The position numbers and the translations under genes were made by a program. A stretch of DNA of 64,000 bases. Source: Escherichia phage EPFV3-03/2025. Below are positions 9,499 to 19,768 of the stretch, piece after piece (the first letter of the stretch is position 1; each line of letters begins with the position of its first letter). The stretch lies in sequence record PV435126.1; one strand, given 5' to 3'. The notes under the pieces are model-generated. The model searched no databases and was not told the origin of the DNA. It saw only the letters and a list, made by a program, of their open reading frames with translations.

Positions 9499-12400
9499 TG
9501 CCAATTGCAATGATTGAAAACATCGTTGCTTCTGCAAGATCTTCAAGCTATGACTGGAACGCATCCAAGGCAGCTCTGGCTGACAGCCTGAACACTGTTA
9601 CCACCAGAACCCTGGATAAGATTTTCGAGGGCAACAAATCTTACAGAAGTCAGCAAGATAGACAAAAGCTTCTCAGATCTTCTGCTGCACCTTGCTCTGT
9701 AGTGTATGGGAAGACACGCACATCTGGATTGCTTGCGTTTTTGGAGCAGGACAGGGACAGAACTCTTCATTGTGCTATTGTTCTTGCCAATCACCCTCTG
9801 GAAGGTATAGAAGATATACTTATAGACGGTAATCCTATTTCCTCGTATGGAGATTTGGTATCGTGGGAGCTACATAACGACAGAAAAACCTCTGATCCTT
9901 TCATGGGCACACACTGCCCATCGTGGTCACCGGACATGATAGGTAGAGGGATCAGTTGGCTACGGGTCAGCTTCAGGTTTGACCCTAACAAGTTTCCTTT
10001 TGGGTTGCCAAACGTCACACTTGTCAAGGTTGGTAAAAAATGTTATGATCCTCGCACCAGTAAAGAGGTATATACCAATAACGCTGCCTTGGTGATTTTG
10101 GACTATTTAAGAACGTACCTTAGATGTCCTGACGAAACCATCAACTGGGATTCCTTCAAGGAAGCTGCCAACATATGTGACGAGGCTGTAAGAAACGCAG
10201 ACGGAACCAGTGAGCGTCGTTACACTATTAATGGTGAGTTCGACATGGATGAAGCACCAGCAAGTATTATGGCAGAAATGCTGAAAGCTTGTGGTGCAGA
10301 TCTTAGCTATGTAGCTGGTAAATATGGTCTGCTGGTAGGTGCATACTATGGCCCAGCAACAATGACACTGAGCGAGGACTGTGTTTGTGGTGAGGTTAAG
10401 ATCTATCCGGAAGCCTCCTTCGACAAAAGATCGAACACAATAACTGGCAGATTCACCAGTCCAACCAAAGGGTATTCTGAAACAGACTTCCCATCGGTGT
10501 TCGTACCTGAGTGGGTAGAGAAGGATGGAGAAAGAAAGATAATTGATATAGATTATCGTTTTGTTACCAGTCCTTATCAGGCTCAGCGTGTTTCCGCAAT
10601 ATTCTTAAGACGTGCCAGAGCTGGCAGGATTATTGAAGTAACCTGCAATATGCGGGGTTTTAAATTTAAGCCTGGGCGTTACGTTACGATGGACCTTCCA
10701 AGTATTGGTATAGTGGGCCAAGAAATGAGGGTTCTTGAATGGGAGTTCACCAAAAAGGGCGGTGTCAAGGTAAAACTCCGTCAAGATGCTAAAGAGTGGA
10801 ATGATGCCACAGGGCAACTTCCAGACTCTGGAGATGTAAATATTCCGATATCTCCATCTGGTGTAGCTCAACCGCAAAACTTCAGATACTCTGTTCTTCA
10901 AGCTGGGGAAGTGACGCACGGTGTTTTGGCTTGGGACAACGTTGGGACTTATGCTCAAAACATTGTGCAGGTAAGAAAGAACGGAGAGATTATTTGGACA
11001 GCACAAACAGTCGAACAGTTTGTCCGCGTAGAGGGATTGACCAAAGGGTCATACACAGCAACCGTGGTTGCAACATCTTATAAAGGTGGGGTATCTCCAG
11101 AAGCGTACTGCGAGTTTAACATTCAGGCACCTGAAGCTCCGGTTTCTGTAGAAGTTAAGCAGGGATACTTTGCTATCACCTTGATTCCGCACAGTAGGGA
11201 CTTAGCAAGTGTAAGCACCCAGTATGACTTTTGGACATCTGGTATGACAAGGTTGCCTGACACAAGTGATGCAACCGTCACTTCAAAAGCCACCCGCATG
11301 GGTGTTGGTTCAACTTGGACATCTGAAGGTCTGCAGAACGATAAGATTTATTATTGGTATATTCGAACCACAAACGCTTTTGGTAGCTCCCAGTTTGTAG
11401 AATGCGCTGCACGCTGCTACACCTCTATTGAAGATTTGATGCCTCAAATAGATGCGGAATTTAAAAAGACAGAGACTTATAAAGAGTTGATGAGCACTTT
11501 AGATTCCTCTATTGAAGAGGTTGAAAATCGTGTCACAGAACTTAACAAGTACATGGACGGAAGGGTAGATGAGGCATTCCAACAACTTGGGGATAGGATA
11601 GGTGCGGTAGTTACAGAGACAACTCAGAAGTTTGAGGATGTCAATGGCAATATCGCAGCGCTGGATAATAAACTTGTTGCTGCACAGAACAAGTTCACCA
11701 ACGATCTGAACACTGAAAGTGGAAGACTGGCATCCCTGATTGAGACAACCAATAAAGCAACCACTGATCTTCTGAACAAAAAGACAGAGGCTTTGGACGA
11801 GAAATTGGTTGCAGCCAAAGGGGAGTTGGTAGAACAAATAAGTGGTGTGGAGAGCGGATACCTTGCTGGAGATAAAACTCTAGATGGCAAGATCAATACC
11901 CAGAGAACGGAACTTGATGCAAGCATCTTAAGCACCAACCAGGCGACAGTGGATCTTCTCAACAGGACCTCTGAAACTCTGGATCAAAAGATCAGTCAGA
12001 CAAACGCGACAGTATCTAAGAACTATACCACCCTTGATGGTAAGATAACTACCGCAAAAACTGATCTCAATACCCTGATTGCCAATACCAACAAGGCCAC
12101 CACAGATTTGTTGAATCAGAAAACCTCCGCACTGTCGGAGCAGATAACTTCTGCACGTGGGGAGATTTCTACCAACAAACAGGCGATTGCGGATTTGGAT
12201 GGTAAGCTGACCTCCACAAAAACAGCACTGGACGCTACAATCTCCGATACCAACAAAGCAACTGTGGATCTTATTAACGGCACAGCGTCAGCTATTCGTC
12301 AAGAACTTGCTGTTGCTAAGCAGGAGATCATTGATGATGTTGGGGATGTATCAGAGCTAAGAGCTGCAGTGGCTACAACATCTAAGGCTGTGACCGACTT

Positions 12401-13337
12401 AGAGGGCAAAGTAAATGCTCAATGGGGCACAAAAATACAGGTAGACTCTGCAGGGAATAAGTATGTGGCAGGTATCCAATTGGGCATGGAAGGCTCTGGA
12501 GGCCAAGTTCAATCATACTTCATGGTTAGTGCAAACAACTTTGCGGTATACAACCCTGGAAATGGAACAGCAACCCTTGCTTTCGCAATCAAGAACAACC
12601 AAGCGTTCTTGAAAGATGCTTTTATAGAGAACGGGACGATCTCTTCTGCCAAGATTGCACAAGAAATTTCGTCTAACAACTACGATGGCAACGGGTACCA
12701 CAAATACGGTTGGTATATTAACAAGAACGGGCACGCCCAGTTTATGGATGTGTGGGTGAAAGGTAACATCAACGCTAGTGCAGGTAACTTCACAGGGGCA
12801 GTTAACGCTACCAGTGGCACCTTCCGTGGAGATGTTTATGCCAATAATGGTAGCTTTAGAGGCACCATAGATGCAACAGGAGGTACATTCCGTGGACGTG
12901 TAGAAGCTTCCGTTATCCGTGCTAACCAGTTCGAAGGTGCAATCGTTGCACATAGGACCTATGGTGACTGTTCTCCGGTATATAACTCGCAGCAGAGGGT
13001 TTGCCGTTGGAGGTGGAGATATGTGGACAACGTTTCAGGACAAGGTAAGAACGTAACATTCTTCTTTAAACTAAACGGAACCTTGGCTAGCTCCCAGCTT
13101 AACGTTTGGATAGCCGGACATCAAATCCTTGCAGGTAAGAAGTACGGAAACGACAACAACGGTATGTGTGCGGTAGGGATAACGGGTCTTGGTGAACAAA
13201 CCATAGACATTGTCGTTGAGATATACACACCATGGTCAACGTCAAGCGTGACAGGAGTTACAATATCTTGTCCAACCGTAATAGTTAGTCGTTCAAACTC
13301 TAGCTTCCAAGGACCTTGGAACGAGTCTCACGACTAA
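9498..13337 (+). CDS. tail tip / host-specificity protein (lambda J-like N-terminus, FN3-like domain, coiled-coil repeats)
   Basis: 1279-aa ORF. N-terminal region resembles J-type tip-attachment proteins; FN3-like segment; four or more tandem ~40-aa repeats (TNKATTDLLNKKTEALDEKLVAAKGEL...); C-terminal GNFTG/GTFRG/GSFRG repeats. Confidence 0.6.
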   Translation: MPIAMIENIVASARSSSYDWNASKAALADSLNTVTTRTLDKIFEGNKSYRSQQDRQKLLRSSAAPCSVVYGKTRTSGLLAFLEQDRDRTLHCAIVLANHPLEGIEDILIDGNPISSYGDLVSWELHNDRKTSDPFMGTHCPSWSPDMIGRGISWLRVSFRFDPNKFPFGLPNVTLVKVGKKCYDPRTSKEVYTNNAALVILDYLRTYLRCPDETINWDSFKEAANICDEAVRNADGTSERRYTINGEFDMDEAPASIMAEMLKACGADLSYVAGKYGLLVGAYYGPATMTLSEDCVCGEVKIYPEASFDKRSNTITGRFTSPTKGYSETDFPSVFVPEWVEKDGERKIIDIDYRFVTSPYQAQRVSAIFLRRARAGRIIEVTCNMRGFKFKPGRYVTMDLPSIGIVGQEMRVLEWEFTKKGGVKVKLRQDAKEWNDATGQLPDSGDVNIPISPSGVAQPQNFRYSVLQAGEVTHGVLAWDNVGTYAQNIVQVRKNGEIIWTAQTVEQFVRVEGLTKGSYTATVVATSYKGGVSPEAYCEFNIQAPEAPVSVEVKQGYFAITLIPHSRDLASVSTQYDFWTSGMTRLPDTSDATVTSKATRMGVGSTWTSEGLQNDKIYYWYIRTTNAFGSSQFVECAARCYTSIEDLMPQIDAEFKKTETYKELMSTLDSSIEEVENRVTELNKYMDGRVDEAFQQLGDRIGAVVTETTQKFEDVNGNIAALDNKLVAAQNKFTNDLNTESGRLASLIETTNKATTDLLNKKTEALDEKLVAAKGELVEQISGVESGYLAGDKTLDGKINTQRTELDASILSTNQATVDLLNRTSETLDQKISQTNATVSKNYTTLDGKITTAKTDLNTLIANTNKATTDLLNQKTSALSEQITSARGEISTNKQAIADLDGKLTSTKTALDATISDTNKATVDLINGTASAIRQELAVAKQEIIDDVGDVSELRAAVATTSKAVTDLEGKVNAQWGTKIQVDSAGNKYVAGIQLGMEGSGGQVQSYFMVSANNFAVYNPGNGTATLAFAIKNNQAFLKDAFIENGTISSAKIAQEISSNNYDGNGYHKYGWYINKNGHAQFMDVWVKGNINASAGNFTGAVNATSGTFRGDVYANNGSFRGTIDATGGTFRGRVEASVIRANQFEGAIVAHRTYGDCSPVYNSQQRVCRWRWRYVDNVSGQGKNVTFFFKLNGTLASSQLNVWIAGHQILAGKKYGNDNNGMCAVGITGLGEQTIDIVVEIYTPWSTSSVTGVTISCPTVIVSRSNSSFQGPWNESHD

Positions 13338-13346
13338 CCTTTAAAG

Positions 13347-13371
13347 CCCCGCTTCGGCGGGGTTTATTTTT
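13347..13371 (+). terminator. rho-independent terminator (CCCCGC-TTCG-GCGGGG + T-run)
   Basis: Near-identical hairpin to 7838 and 39512; followed by TTTATTTTT. Confidence 0.75.
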
Positions 13372-13380
13372 ATGCTCAGA

Positions 13381-13409
13381 TTGACTATTGTTACAAAATT
13401 TGGTAAAAT
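13381..13409 (+). promoter_or_regulatory. sigma70-like promoter with extended -10 (TTGACT-17-TGGTAAAAT)
   Basis: Consensus-like -35, 17-nt spacer, TGn-TAAAAT; about 35 nt upstream of the next start. Confidence 0.5.
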
Positions 13410-13442
13410 ACCTTGTAGAGATTTTCATACCGGAGGAGTGAC

Positions 13443-14933
13443 GTGGCTAAGTATGGATTGACAGAGGCTGGTTTCGTTATACCAACCCTAAATGACCTAA
13501 TCGTTGAAACTAAGCAAAGCCTGATCCGTGCTTTTGGCGAAAACTTCAACGTACAAAGTAACTCAGTTGCAGATAAGCTGACCACTATCTTCAACGAGCG
13601 AGAATATCAACTTATTCTTATGGCAGCATCTGTATACGCATCCCAGACGCTGTACGGGGCAGAAGGTATTTACCTTGATGAACTTCTTGGAAGGCAAGGT
13701 ATTTACCGGAGAGGTCGTTCTAAATCATCAGGCACTTGCCAGTTGACAATCAACACAACTGTGCCGTACAATATGATTTATGATTCCAAAACCTACACGC
13801 TGGATAGTGGCAACTTTGTTCTTAGCAGTGACGTGCAGGTGGCGGGGAATCTTATTGCTCACAGGATAAACGCTCCAGATCTAAGAATTGGTAAATACAA
13901 CTTTCAAATTACCAACCAGACAGACGGAAGTATCAAAACAAAAAGTCTGGTTTTAACCGATAAGTCTCTGGACTCTTCTGATTTGCCAAGCTTTTACGGC
14001 GAGATTAAGCAATTCATTGTCGATAATACAACCCTGTTGAACGACGATTTAATTCAGATAGATATGTTGACAGGAACGTTGTGGATAGGATACAATTCGA
14101 ATCTTGATCAAGTTGGGCTTAATAGCAGAGTAGATTTCAGAGTATCCCCGATTGTAGGTGAAAGAACTATCACCCTGGATGTTATCGCTAACGAGGCAGG
14201 TGAGCTGTCAAGAGAGGCAGAAACTGTAACAACAATGTCGCCTACTCCAAGCGGATTTATCAAACTTACCAACCGAGAAAGATTCAATGATGGCAGGGAT
14301 GTTGAGAAGGACTCAGAGTATCGCTTAAGAGCTTCCAGCACTAAGCAGTTGACATCTAAAGCTACTCGCCCTGCAATCCTTAGCGCTGTGAGTGAAGTGA
14401 AAGGTGTTGAGAAAGTAAGAGTGTTCTCTAACAACACCGATAAAACAGATGCGAAAGGTATACCACCTTACAAGTTTCAAGTGGTAGTGTTCGGTGGTGC
14501 AACAGAGGATATTTGTCAAGCGCTGTATCAAACCATAGCTTGCACAAACAGAACTTATGGGAATATCTTCTACGATATTACCACATCAGACGGTCAGACT
14601 GAAAGGATTTATTATTCTAAGGCAAACACTTACCGCCTGGATATGAGAATTACTTACTCGGGTGCTGCACTTTCCACTACCGAAAAAGATGCCATTACAG
14701 AGGCTCTTTTGCAGGTTGTTAACGGCTTGGATGTTGCCGACACGTTGTATAATATCCAATTAGTTGGCGCTGCATCGGCTGCTGTGTCAATAGGCAGATT
14801 TAACAGACTTGTAATTCAAGTTAAACCTGTGGGAGCCTCTGACGAAGCTTACACTACAAACGATATTGTTGCAAACATGACCGAGGTGTTTGACCTCGAC
14901 GAAAGTAATATAACTTTCCAACAAACTATTTAA
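13443..14933 (+). CDS. putative baseplate J-like protein
   Basis: 496-aa ORF (GTG start after GGAGGAG RBS); N-terminal region reminiscent of baseplate J family; position in tail module. Confidence 0.4.
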   Translation: MAKYGLTEAGFVIPTLNDLIVETKQSLIRAFGENFNVQSNSVADKLTTIFNEREYQLILMAASVYASQTLYGAEGIYLDELLGRQGIYRRGRSKSSGTCQLTINTTVPYNMIYDSKTYTLDSGNFVLSSDVQVAGNLIAHRINAPDLRIGKYNFQITNQTDGSIKTKSLVLTDKSLDSSDLPSFYGEIKQFIVDNTTLLNDDLIQIDMLTGTLWIGYNSNLDQVGLNSRVDFRVSPIVGERTITLDVIANEAGELSREAETVTTMSPTPSGFIKLTNRERFNDGRDVEKDSEYRLRASSTKQLTSKATRPAILSAVSEVKGVEKVRVFSNNTDKTDAKGIPPYKFQVVVFGGATEDICQALYQTIACTNRTYGNIFYDITTSDGQTERIYYSKANTYRLDMRITYSGAALSTTEKDAITEALLQVVNGLDVADTLYNIQLVGAASAAVSIGRFNRLVIQVKPVGASDEAYTTNDIVANMTEVFDLDESNITFQQTI

Positions 14934-14944
14934 GGCGGCGAGAT

Positions 14945-15631
14945 ATGGCAGAGATTAAGTCGGATGTCAACCACATCCACACTCTGCCAGATTTTGTTCA
15001 GGGAGGTCTTGACTACCTGCCTGGAGATTTTCTGGCTGAGAAGGTTAATTTAGTCACATTCTTAACCGTGTACCTTAAAAGGTTGGAGAATGTTGATAAG
15101 ATGCTGGTAGGTTTGGCTGAAGGAAGACTGCTTAACAATGCCAGCGGAAGATACCTTGACGAAGTTGGTAATCAACTCGGTATTCTTAGGAATGGGCTTT
15201 CAGATGCAGATTTTCGTGCTACCCTGGTTATTCAGCAAGCAGCAGCATCAAGGGGCGGGACTCGTGAAGATGTCATCTCAACCTTGCGACAATTGTTCGG
15301 AAGAGACAATTTCGATACGTGGAAAGGTGACAACTTCAGATTTGACATAAATATTAGAAAAACTTGCTTTGACATATTACAGTCCATAGATCAGATCTTA
15401 GATATGCTGCCATTGCCTTGTCATTTGCGTCTTACAGAATCGCAAGGGCAAGCTTTTGGTTTTGAAGGGGACTCCACAGCTCTTGGCTTCGGATCAGTAT
15501 GGGAAGAAAACCAGTTCGGAGTTGGTGGGCTGGCTACTTTGCTGTATGTTCCTGACGTAAGACCTGATTGGGACACCACAACTATTTATTGTGAAAGTAT
15601 TATAGTAAACGCAACTAGACAGGAGGGTTAA
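14945..15631 (+). CDS. hypothetical tail/baseplate protein
   Basis: 228-aa ORF, tightly packed with neighbours. Confidence 0.5.
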   Translation: MAEIKSDVNHIHTLPDFVQGGLDYLPGDFLAEKVNLVTFLTVYLKRLENVDKMLVGLAEGRLLNNASGRYLDEVGNQLGILRNGLSDADFRATLVIQQAAASRGGTREDVISTLRQLFGRDNFDTWKGDNFRFDINIRKTCFDILQSIDQILDMLPLPCHLRLTESQGQAFGFEGDSTALGFGSVWEENQFGVGGLATLLYVPDVRPDWDTTTIYCESIIVNATRQEG

Positions 15632-17703
15632 TGGCAATAGCTGTTTTTAAACCTTACCGTGATTACTCTACAATGGCTGCACGGTTTCATTATCGCACAG
15701 TTCAAGATACTGCCGTTCCAGGCAGGGATTATGATCATGTTGAGGGCGATGTAACTATCCCGGTTGGGGCAACCAGTATTGAGATTCCTGTAGAAATTGT
15801 TGACAAATTGCCAAACAGGTTGCCAAGAAGCTTCTTTATGGAGTTTTCATCAAACTCCCAAGGGGTTATGATTGGAACACAAAGAGCAAAATGTACAATA
15901 GTTTCAGATGAGAATCTTGACAGAATATCTTGGGATACCGTTGAGGAGAGGATGTTTCACCCAAGATATTGGGTTACAAACACACAGCAGACTGAAAGCA
16001 CCTGTATTGTTGCGGATAATAACTGCTGTATTAACCGTTTAGTGTCAAGAACATATGGAGGCATGGCTGGGTGCATTTGGGAAACAGTTGACAAGTATGA
16101 CCATTTCGGCATTGGATTTGATGATCACTATGAGATGAGAAACACCAAGCTTTGGTTCAGAATGTCAATAACTAATGCCAGCAACTTCTCCACCCCTGAA
16201 AAGATGATTATGACTGTAGACCTTGTTGATGGCACAATCATCTATGTTCCTTTAGCTCAATATGCTGTCAGCATCTCAGAGGATAAGAATGTTGCAGAAA
16301 TTCATATTGATTTCGAGGACTGCGTCGGGATGGACCAGAACAACAACATGATGGGTGTTGATCCTCGACAGGTGAGAAGGATTCTAATACCCCTTATGCC
16401 TAAAGATTGGGTAAGTAATAGCACAGACCCAAGAACGGAAAATGTAGAGTGTGAGTTGCGCCTAGATTTGCTTCAGCCAGATACAGGCTGGAAAATGATG
16501 CAACTTAACAATATTCAGGTGAGAGAGCACGACGTTGGGATCTGCACCGCATATGACGATATGTGGAACGTATCTCCTTTAAGGGTGTTGAACAATATCA
16601 AGCGTCTGGGCTATACCGGAACCATAAACCATTATGTTGGTATGAGTCATTATTATGACTACACATGGTCAGGAACCCAATGGTCTATAAACAGAACAGG
16701 AGCGCTAAACGCTGCAGCTTATAAATGGCATGATGATTTTATGTACAATGCCAAACGACATAACTTCGACGTTATGCAATCTGTAAGTTTTGAGCTTTTC
16801 AGCGATGCCTGCCCGTTGGAATGGACCCAAAGAGACTGGAACGATAACTACGCTAAAACAGGATATACACCTTGTAGCTACCTCCTGTCTCCAACCATTG
16901 AAGAGGGTATGAATTTCCTTACTGCAGTATTTAAGAATTTTGCATCAGCCGCTATGAGAAACAACCTGCCAGTAATTATGCAGATTGGTGAACCGTGGTG
17001 GTGGTTCAATACCGATACTCGTAAGCCTTGTATTTATGACTACCCTACAAAACAGGCGTTTTATGATGAGACTGGTGAATATGCACTAGACATTGGGACT
17101 ATTGACGATCCTAAAACTGGTGGTGTTTATGACAAGTATGTAGCATTTTGTCGTGGTAAGCTTGGCGCTCGTATTGCAGCTATTTCAAAGGCAATAAAAG
17201 CACACGCTGCATCGGCTCAGATGACAGCCTTGCTGTTTTTCCCAACCATTATGGAAACCGAGCTTACGCAAAAACTGAACCTTGCCGACCAATATAAAAA
17301 GGAAGCAGGCGCTCTTGATTTCTTCTGCACTGAGTGCTACGATTGGGTGATGCAGGGTGGTATTGAAAAGGCAAAAGAGTCTGTAAACATACCTATCGTT
17401 AAGTTAGGTTGGCAACCGTCTGAAATACAATACCTTGCAGGGTTCGTTCCTAGCAAAGAGCTTGCTCCGGTATATGGCTACGACCCAACCAGGAATTACC
17501 AAGAATTTTTATGGAGATGTATCTGCGGGAACATGGCAACCATAGAGTATAGATACCCTGAGGTAAAACAGTATGTGTGGGCATACCCGCAAGTAATGTC
17601 TGACAGCATCACTGTTACCGCCAGAGATTCTACCGTGCTTCATATGGGGCAGGTTGCTCTGAAAGGGTATGTAGAAGATGTTGTCCCGCCAGACTTCTCA
17701 TAA
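15631..17703 (+). CDS. hypothetical structural protein
   Basis: 690-aa ORF; start overlaps the previous stop (translational coupling). Confidence 0.5.
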   Translation: MAIAVFKPYRDYSTMAARFHYRTVQDTAVPGRDYDHVEGDVTIPVGATSIEIPVEIVDKLPNRLPRSFFMEFSSNSQGVMIGTQRAKCTIVSDENLDRISWDTVEERMFHPRYWVTNTQQTESTCIVADNNCCINRLVSRTYGGMAGCIWETVDKYDHFGIGFDDHYEMRNTKLWFRMSITNASNFSTPEKMIMTVDLVDGTIIYVPLAQYAVSISEDKNVAEIHIDFEDCVGMDQNNNMMGVDPRQVRRILIPLMPKDWVSNSTDPRTENVECELRLDLLQPDTGWKMMQLNNIQVREHDVGICTAYDDMWNVSPLRVLNNIKRLGYTGTINHYVGMSHYYDYTWSGTQWSINRTGALNAAAYKWHDDFMYNAKRHNFDVMQSVSFELFSDACPLEWTQRDWNDNYAKTGYTPCSYLLSPTIEEGMNFLTAVFKNFASAAMRNNLPVIMQIGEPWWWFNTDTRKPCIYDYPTKQAFYDETGEYALDIGTIDDPKTGGVYDKYVAFCRGKLGARIAAISKAIKAHAASAQMTALLFFPTIMETELTQKLNLADQYKKEAGALDFFCTECYDWVMQGGIEKAKESVNIPIVKLGWQPSEIQYLAGFVPSKELAPVYGYDPTRNYQEFLWRCICGNMATIEYRYPEVKQYVWAYPQVMSDSITVTARDSTVLHMGQVALKGYVEDVVPPDFS

Positions 17704-17715
17704 TCAGGAGATAAA

Positions 17716-18756
17716 ATGTCAAAACCTAGTTTTCCATTAGAGATTTGGGCAGAGGAGGATCAGGTTCTGCCTAACACCCACAGACAGAACAGGCTACGCC
17801 CGATTGATGATTTGTGGAGAAAAGGTTGGGATCTTGGTCAAAAGCCATCCTGTGAAGAACTTAACTATATTTTCAATATGCTCGGGACTTGGGCAAAATA
17901 CATTGCTGACGAGCAGATCCCCGCTCAAGAAGGCCGTTATCTGGTACGTGATAATAACCTGAGTGATCTTTTGAACATCCCTGTTGCCCGTAGAAACCTT
18001 GGGATTATTACTAAGGAAGAGGCAGACGCCAGGTATGTAAAAGTTACAGGTGATACAATGACAGGCCCATTGGGTTTGCAACGTATCAACTTTAAAGCTG
18101 CCGAGACAGATAAGGCTTGGATAGAGACAACTATTGGCCCAGATAAGACAACCCTTGACTTTGGGTTAAGTGATAATATTGGGGCGTTCGATGATGGTGG
18201 CACATCTACAGTAGATGCGTTCCGTTGGAGATTCCAGCCAACTCAACCGGACATTAACCCAGAGTTCACTCTGATGTACCTGAACGCGATCACGGCTAAT
18301 CGTGCGTTGTTGAAAGTGGTGGGCAATGTTGAAGTTGTTGATAACATGCGATGTAATAACCTCACCATTAGCAGCACAGCAACATTCACCAACTGCAATG
18401 TAGCTAGTCAGCTGACGGCTGGGTCAGTATATGTCAATGGCGGTGCAAGTTGTGACAGTATGGTTGTAAGAAGCCAGCATTGTGTTGTCGGTAACAGAAA
18501 TGTGGTGCGCTCTGTGAATGGAGTGACGGCTAACGGCAACGGAGATGTAACGATCACCATCCCGCAGACAGGTGTACAGGATATCAGAATCGGTGCAAGA
18601 CTTGTTGATGGTGTTTCTGAATCTCCAGTTCGCAACGGCTACGTTGTCACAGGTTGGCATTTTGGTGATAAAAAAGAGATGCGTGGTTCAACCTACTGGG
18701 CAGGGCCTTTACAAAAACTTGTAAATGGTCAATGGATCACTGTTAATTATGCGTAG
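17716..18756 (+). CDS. tail fiber protein (paralog A)
   Basis: 346-aa ORF with GDTMTGPL motif typical of tail fibers; paralogous to 19769-20815 (shared N-terminus and C-terminal LVNGQWITVNYA). Confidence 0.7.
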   Translation: MSKPSFPLEIWAEEDQVLPNTHRQNRLRPIDDLWRKGWDLGQKPSCEELNYIFNMLGTWAKYIADEQIPAQEGRYLVRDNNLSDLLNIPVARRNLGIITKEEADARYVKVTGDTMTGPLGLQRINFKAAETDKAWIETTIGPDKTTLDFGLSDNIGAFDDGGTSTVDAFRWRFQPTQPDINPEFTLMYLNAITANRALLKVVGNVEVVDNMRCNNLTISSTATFTNCNVASQLTAGSVYVNGGASCDSMVVRSQHCVVGNRNVVRSVNGVTANGNGDVTITIPQTGVQDIRIGARLVDGVSESPVRNGYVVTGWHFGDKKEMRGSTYWAGPLQKLVNGQWITVNYA

Positions 18757-18770
18757 ATCGGAGGACTAGC

Positions 18771-19355
18771 ATGAAAATACTTCAAGAGTTTAAGCTTTAC
18801 CAGCCGGGATCTGGCGAATACTACACCAACAAGGAGACCAAGGAGCTGACTCCTCAGGAGGTTGAGGATTACACGGCATACACTGGATATTTTTTACGTA
18901 ATGATGATGGCGATTGGTATGTGCAATCACGAACACTACGACAAGAAAATCCAGGCTGTATCTTCCTACTTGTTGACGAGAAGGGTATTCTTAAGACATC
19001 TACAGAAGAACCTGATGCCTTGTGGCCTGCTCCAGGTCTTCGTGTGGTTATCGCCAAAAAAGAAGAGGTACCAGAAAACATTATGATCCACCACGACGCT
19101 TTGCGTTTAGTTGGTGACGAATTTGTCACAGACAATGAATTTTTTGTTCAACAGGCAGAGGGTGTCATAGAGACAGAACTTGCTTGGGCTACTGCTAGAA
19201 TTGGTGCCTATCAAGACATGATTGACCTTGAATACGATCTTACTGATGACCAAAAACGCAACATCAGAGATTTGAAAATGTACAGGGTAAAACTTCTTGA
19301 AATAGATACATCTAAAGCCCCTGACATTTTCTTCCCGGAACGACCTACCCTCTAA
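18771..19355 (+). CDS. tail fiber assembly chaperone (Tfa-like)
   Basis: 194-aa ORF; C-terminus YRVKLLEIDTSKAPDIFFPERP matches the conserved Tfa C-terminal motif; directly follows a fiber gene. Confidence 0.65.
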   Translation: MKILQEFKLYQPGSGEYYTNKETKELTPQEVEDYTAYTGYFLRNDDGDWYVQSRTLRQENPGCIFLLVDEKGILKTSTEEPDALWPAPGLRVVIAKKEEVPENIMIHHDALRLVGDEFVTDNEFFVQQAEGVIETELAWATARIGAYQDMIDLEYDLTDDQKRNIRDLKMYRVKLLEIDTSKAPDIFFPERPTL

Positions 19356-19366
19356 GAGGAGGTGTT

Positions 19367-19681
19367 GTGGAGTTGGATTTGGCGGCATTGTACGGTATCT
19401 GCATGGGTACCGTTGTCCCGATCTGTGTATGGGCTTTCAACCAGTGGCACACCAAATGGAAAGGCATTTCCAAGAGGCTGGATGAGCTGGAGAAAGACCT
19501 CATTTTAGTGAAAAATAGCATGGTTACAAAAGATAGACTTGATTCCATTATTGAGACCCGGTTAAGTAAGCTAGAGGCCGATATTAACGACCTTAAGCAA
19601 GATGTCAGGACAGATGTCTCCGGTATCAGAGCCGATGTGCAAAAGATTTTACACATGCTTGTAGAGCATAGTAAAAGGTAA
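19367..19681 (+). CDS. membrane-anchored coiled-coil protein (function unknown)
   Basis: 104 aa; N-terminal hydrophobic segment then heptad-rich region; RBS GAGGAGG. Confidence 0.45.
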   Translation: MELDLAALYGICMGTVVPICVWAFNQWHTKWKGISKRLDELEKDLILVKNSMVTKDRLDSIIETRLSKLEADINDLKQDVRTDVSGIRADVQKILHMLVEHSKR

Positions 19682-19690
19682 ACAAAGGTC

Positions 19691-19716
19691 AGAACGGCAA
19701 GGATGCCGTTCTTGCA
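19691..19716 (+). terminator. rho-independent terminator (GAACGGCA-AGGA-TGCCGTTC)
   Basis: Perfect 8-bp stem followed by TTGCATTTTGTT. Confidence 0.6.
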
Positions 19717-19739
19717 TTTTGTTCTCTAAAATGTTAAAA
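19711..19739 (+). promoter_or_regulatory. sigma70-like promoter (TTGCAT-17-TAAAAT)
   Basis: Overlaps the terminator tail; about 30 nt upstream of the fiber paralog B start. Confidence 0.4.
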
Positions 19740-19768
19740 TAGTCCTTAAGGAATTTTCTCAGGAGAAC

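Noticed and set aside
15138-15350. 70-aa plus-strand ORF overlapping gene 14945-15631 in another frame
   Set aside because: Fully embedded in a longer ORF on the same strand with no independent translation signals.
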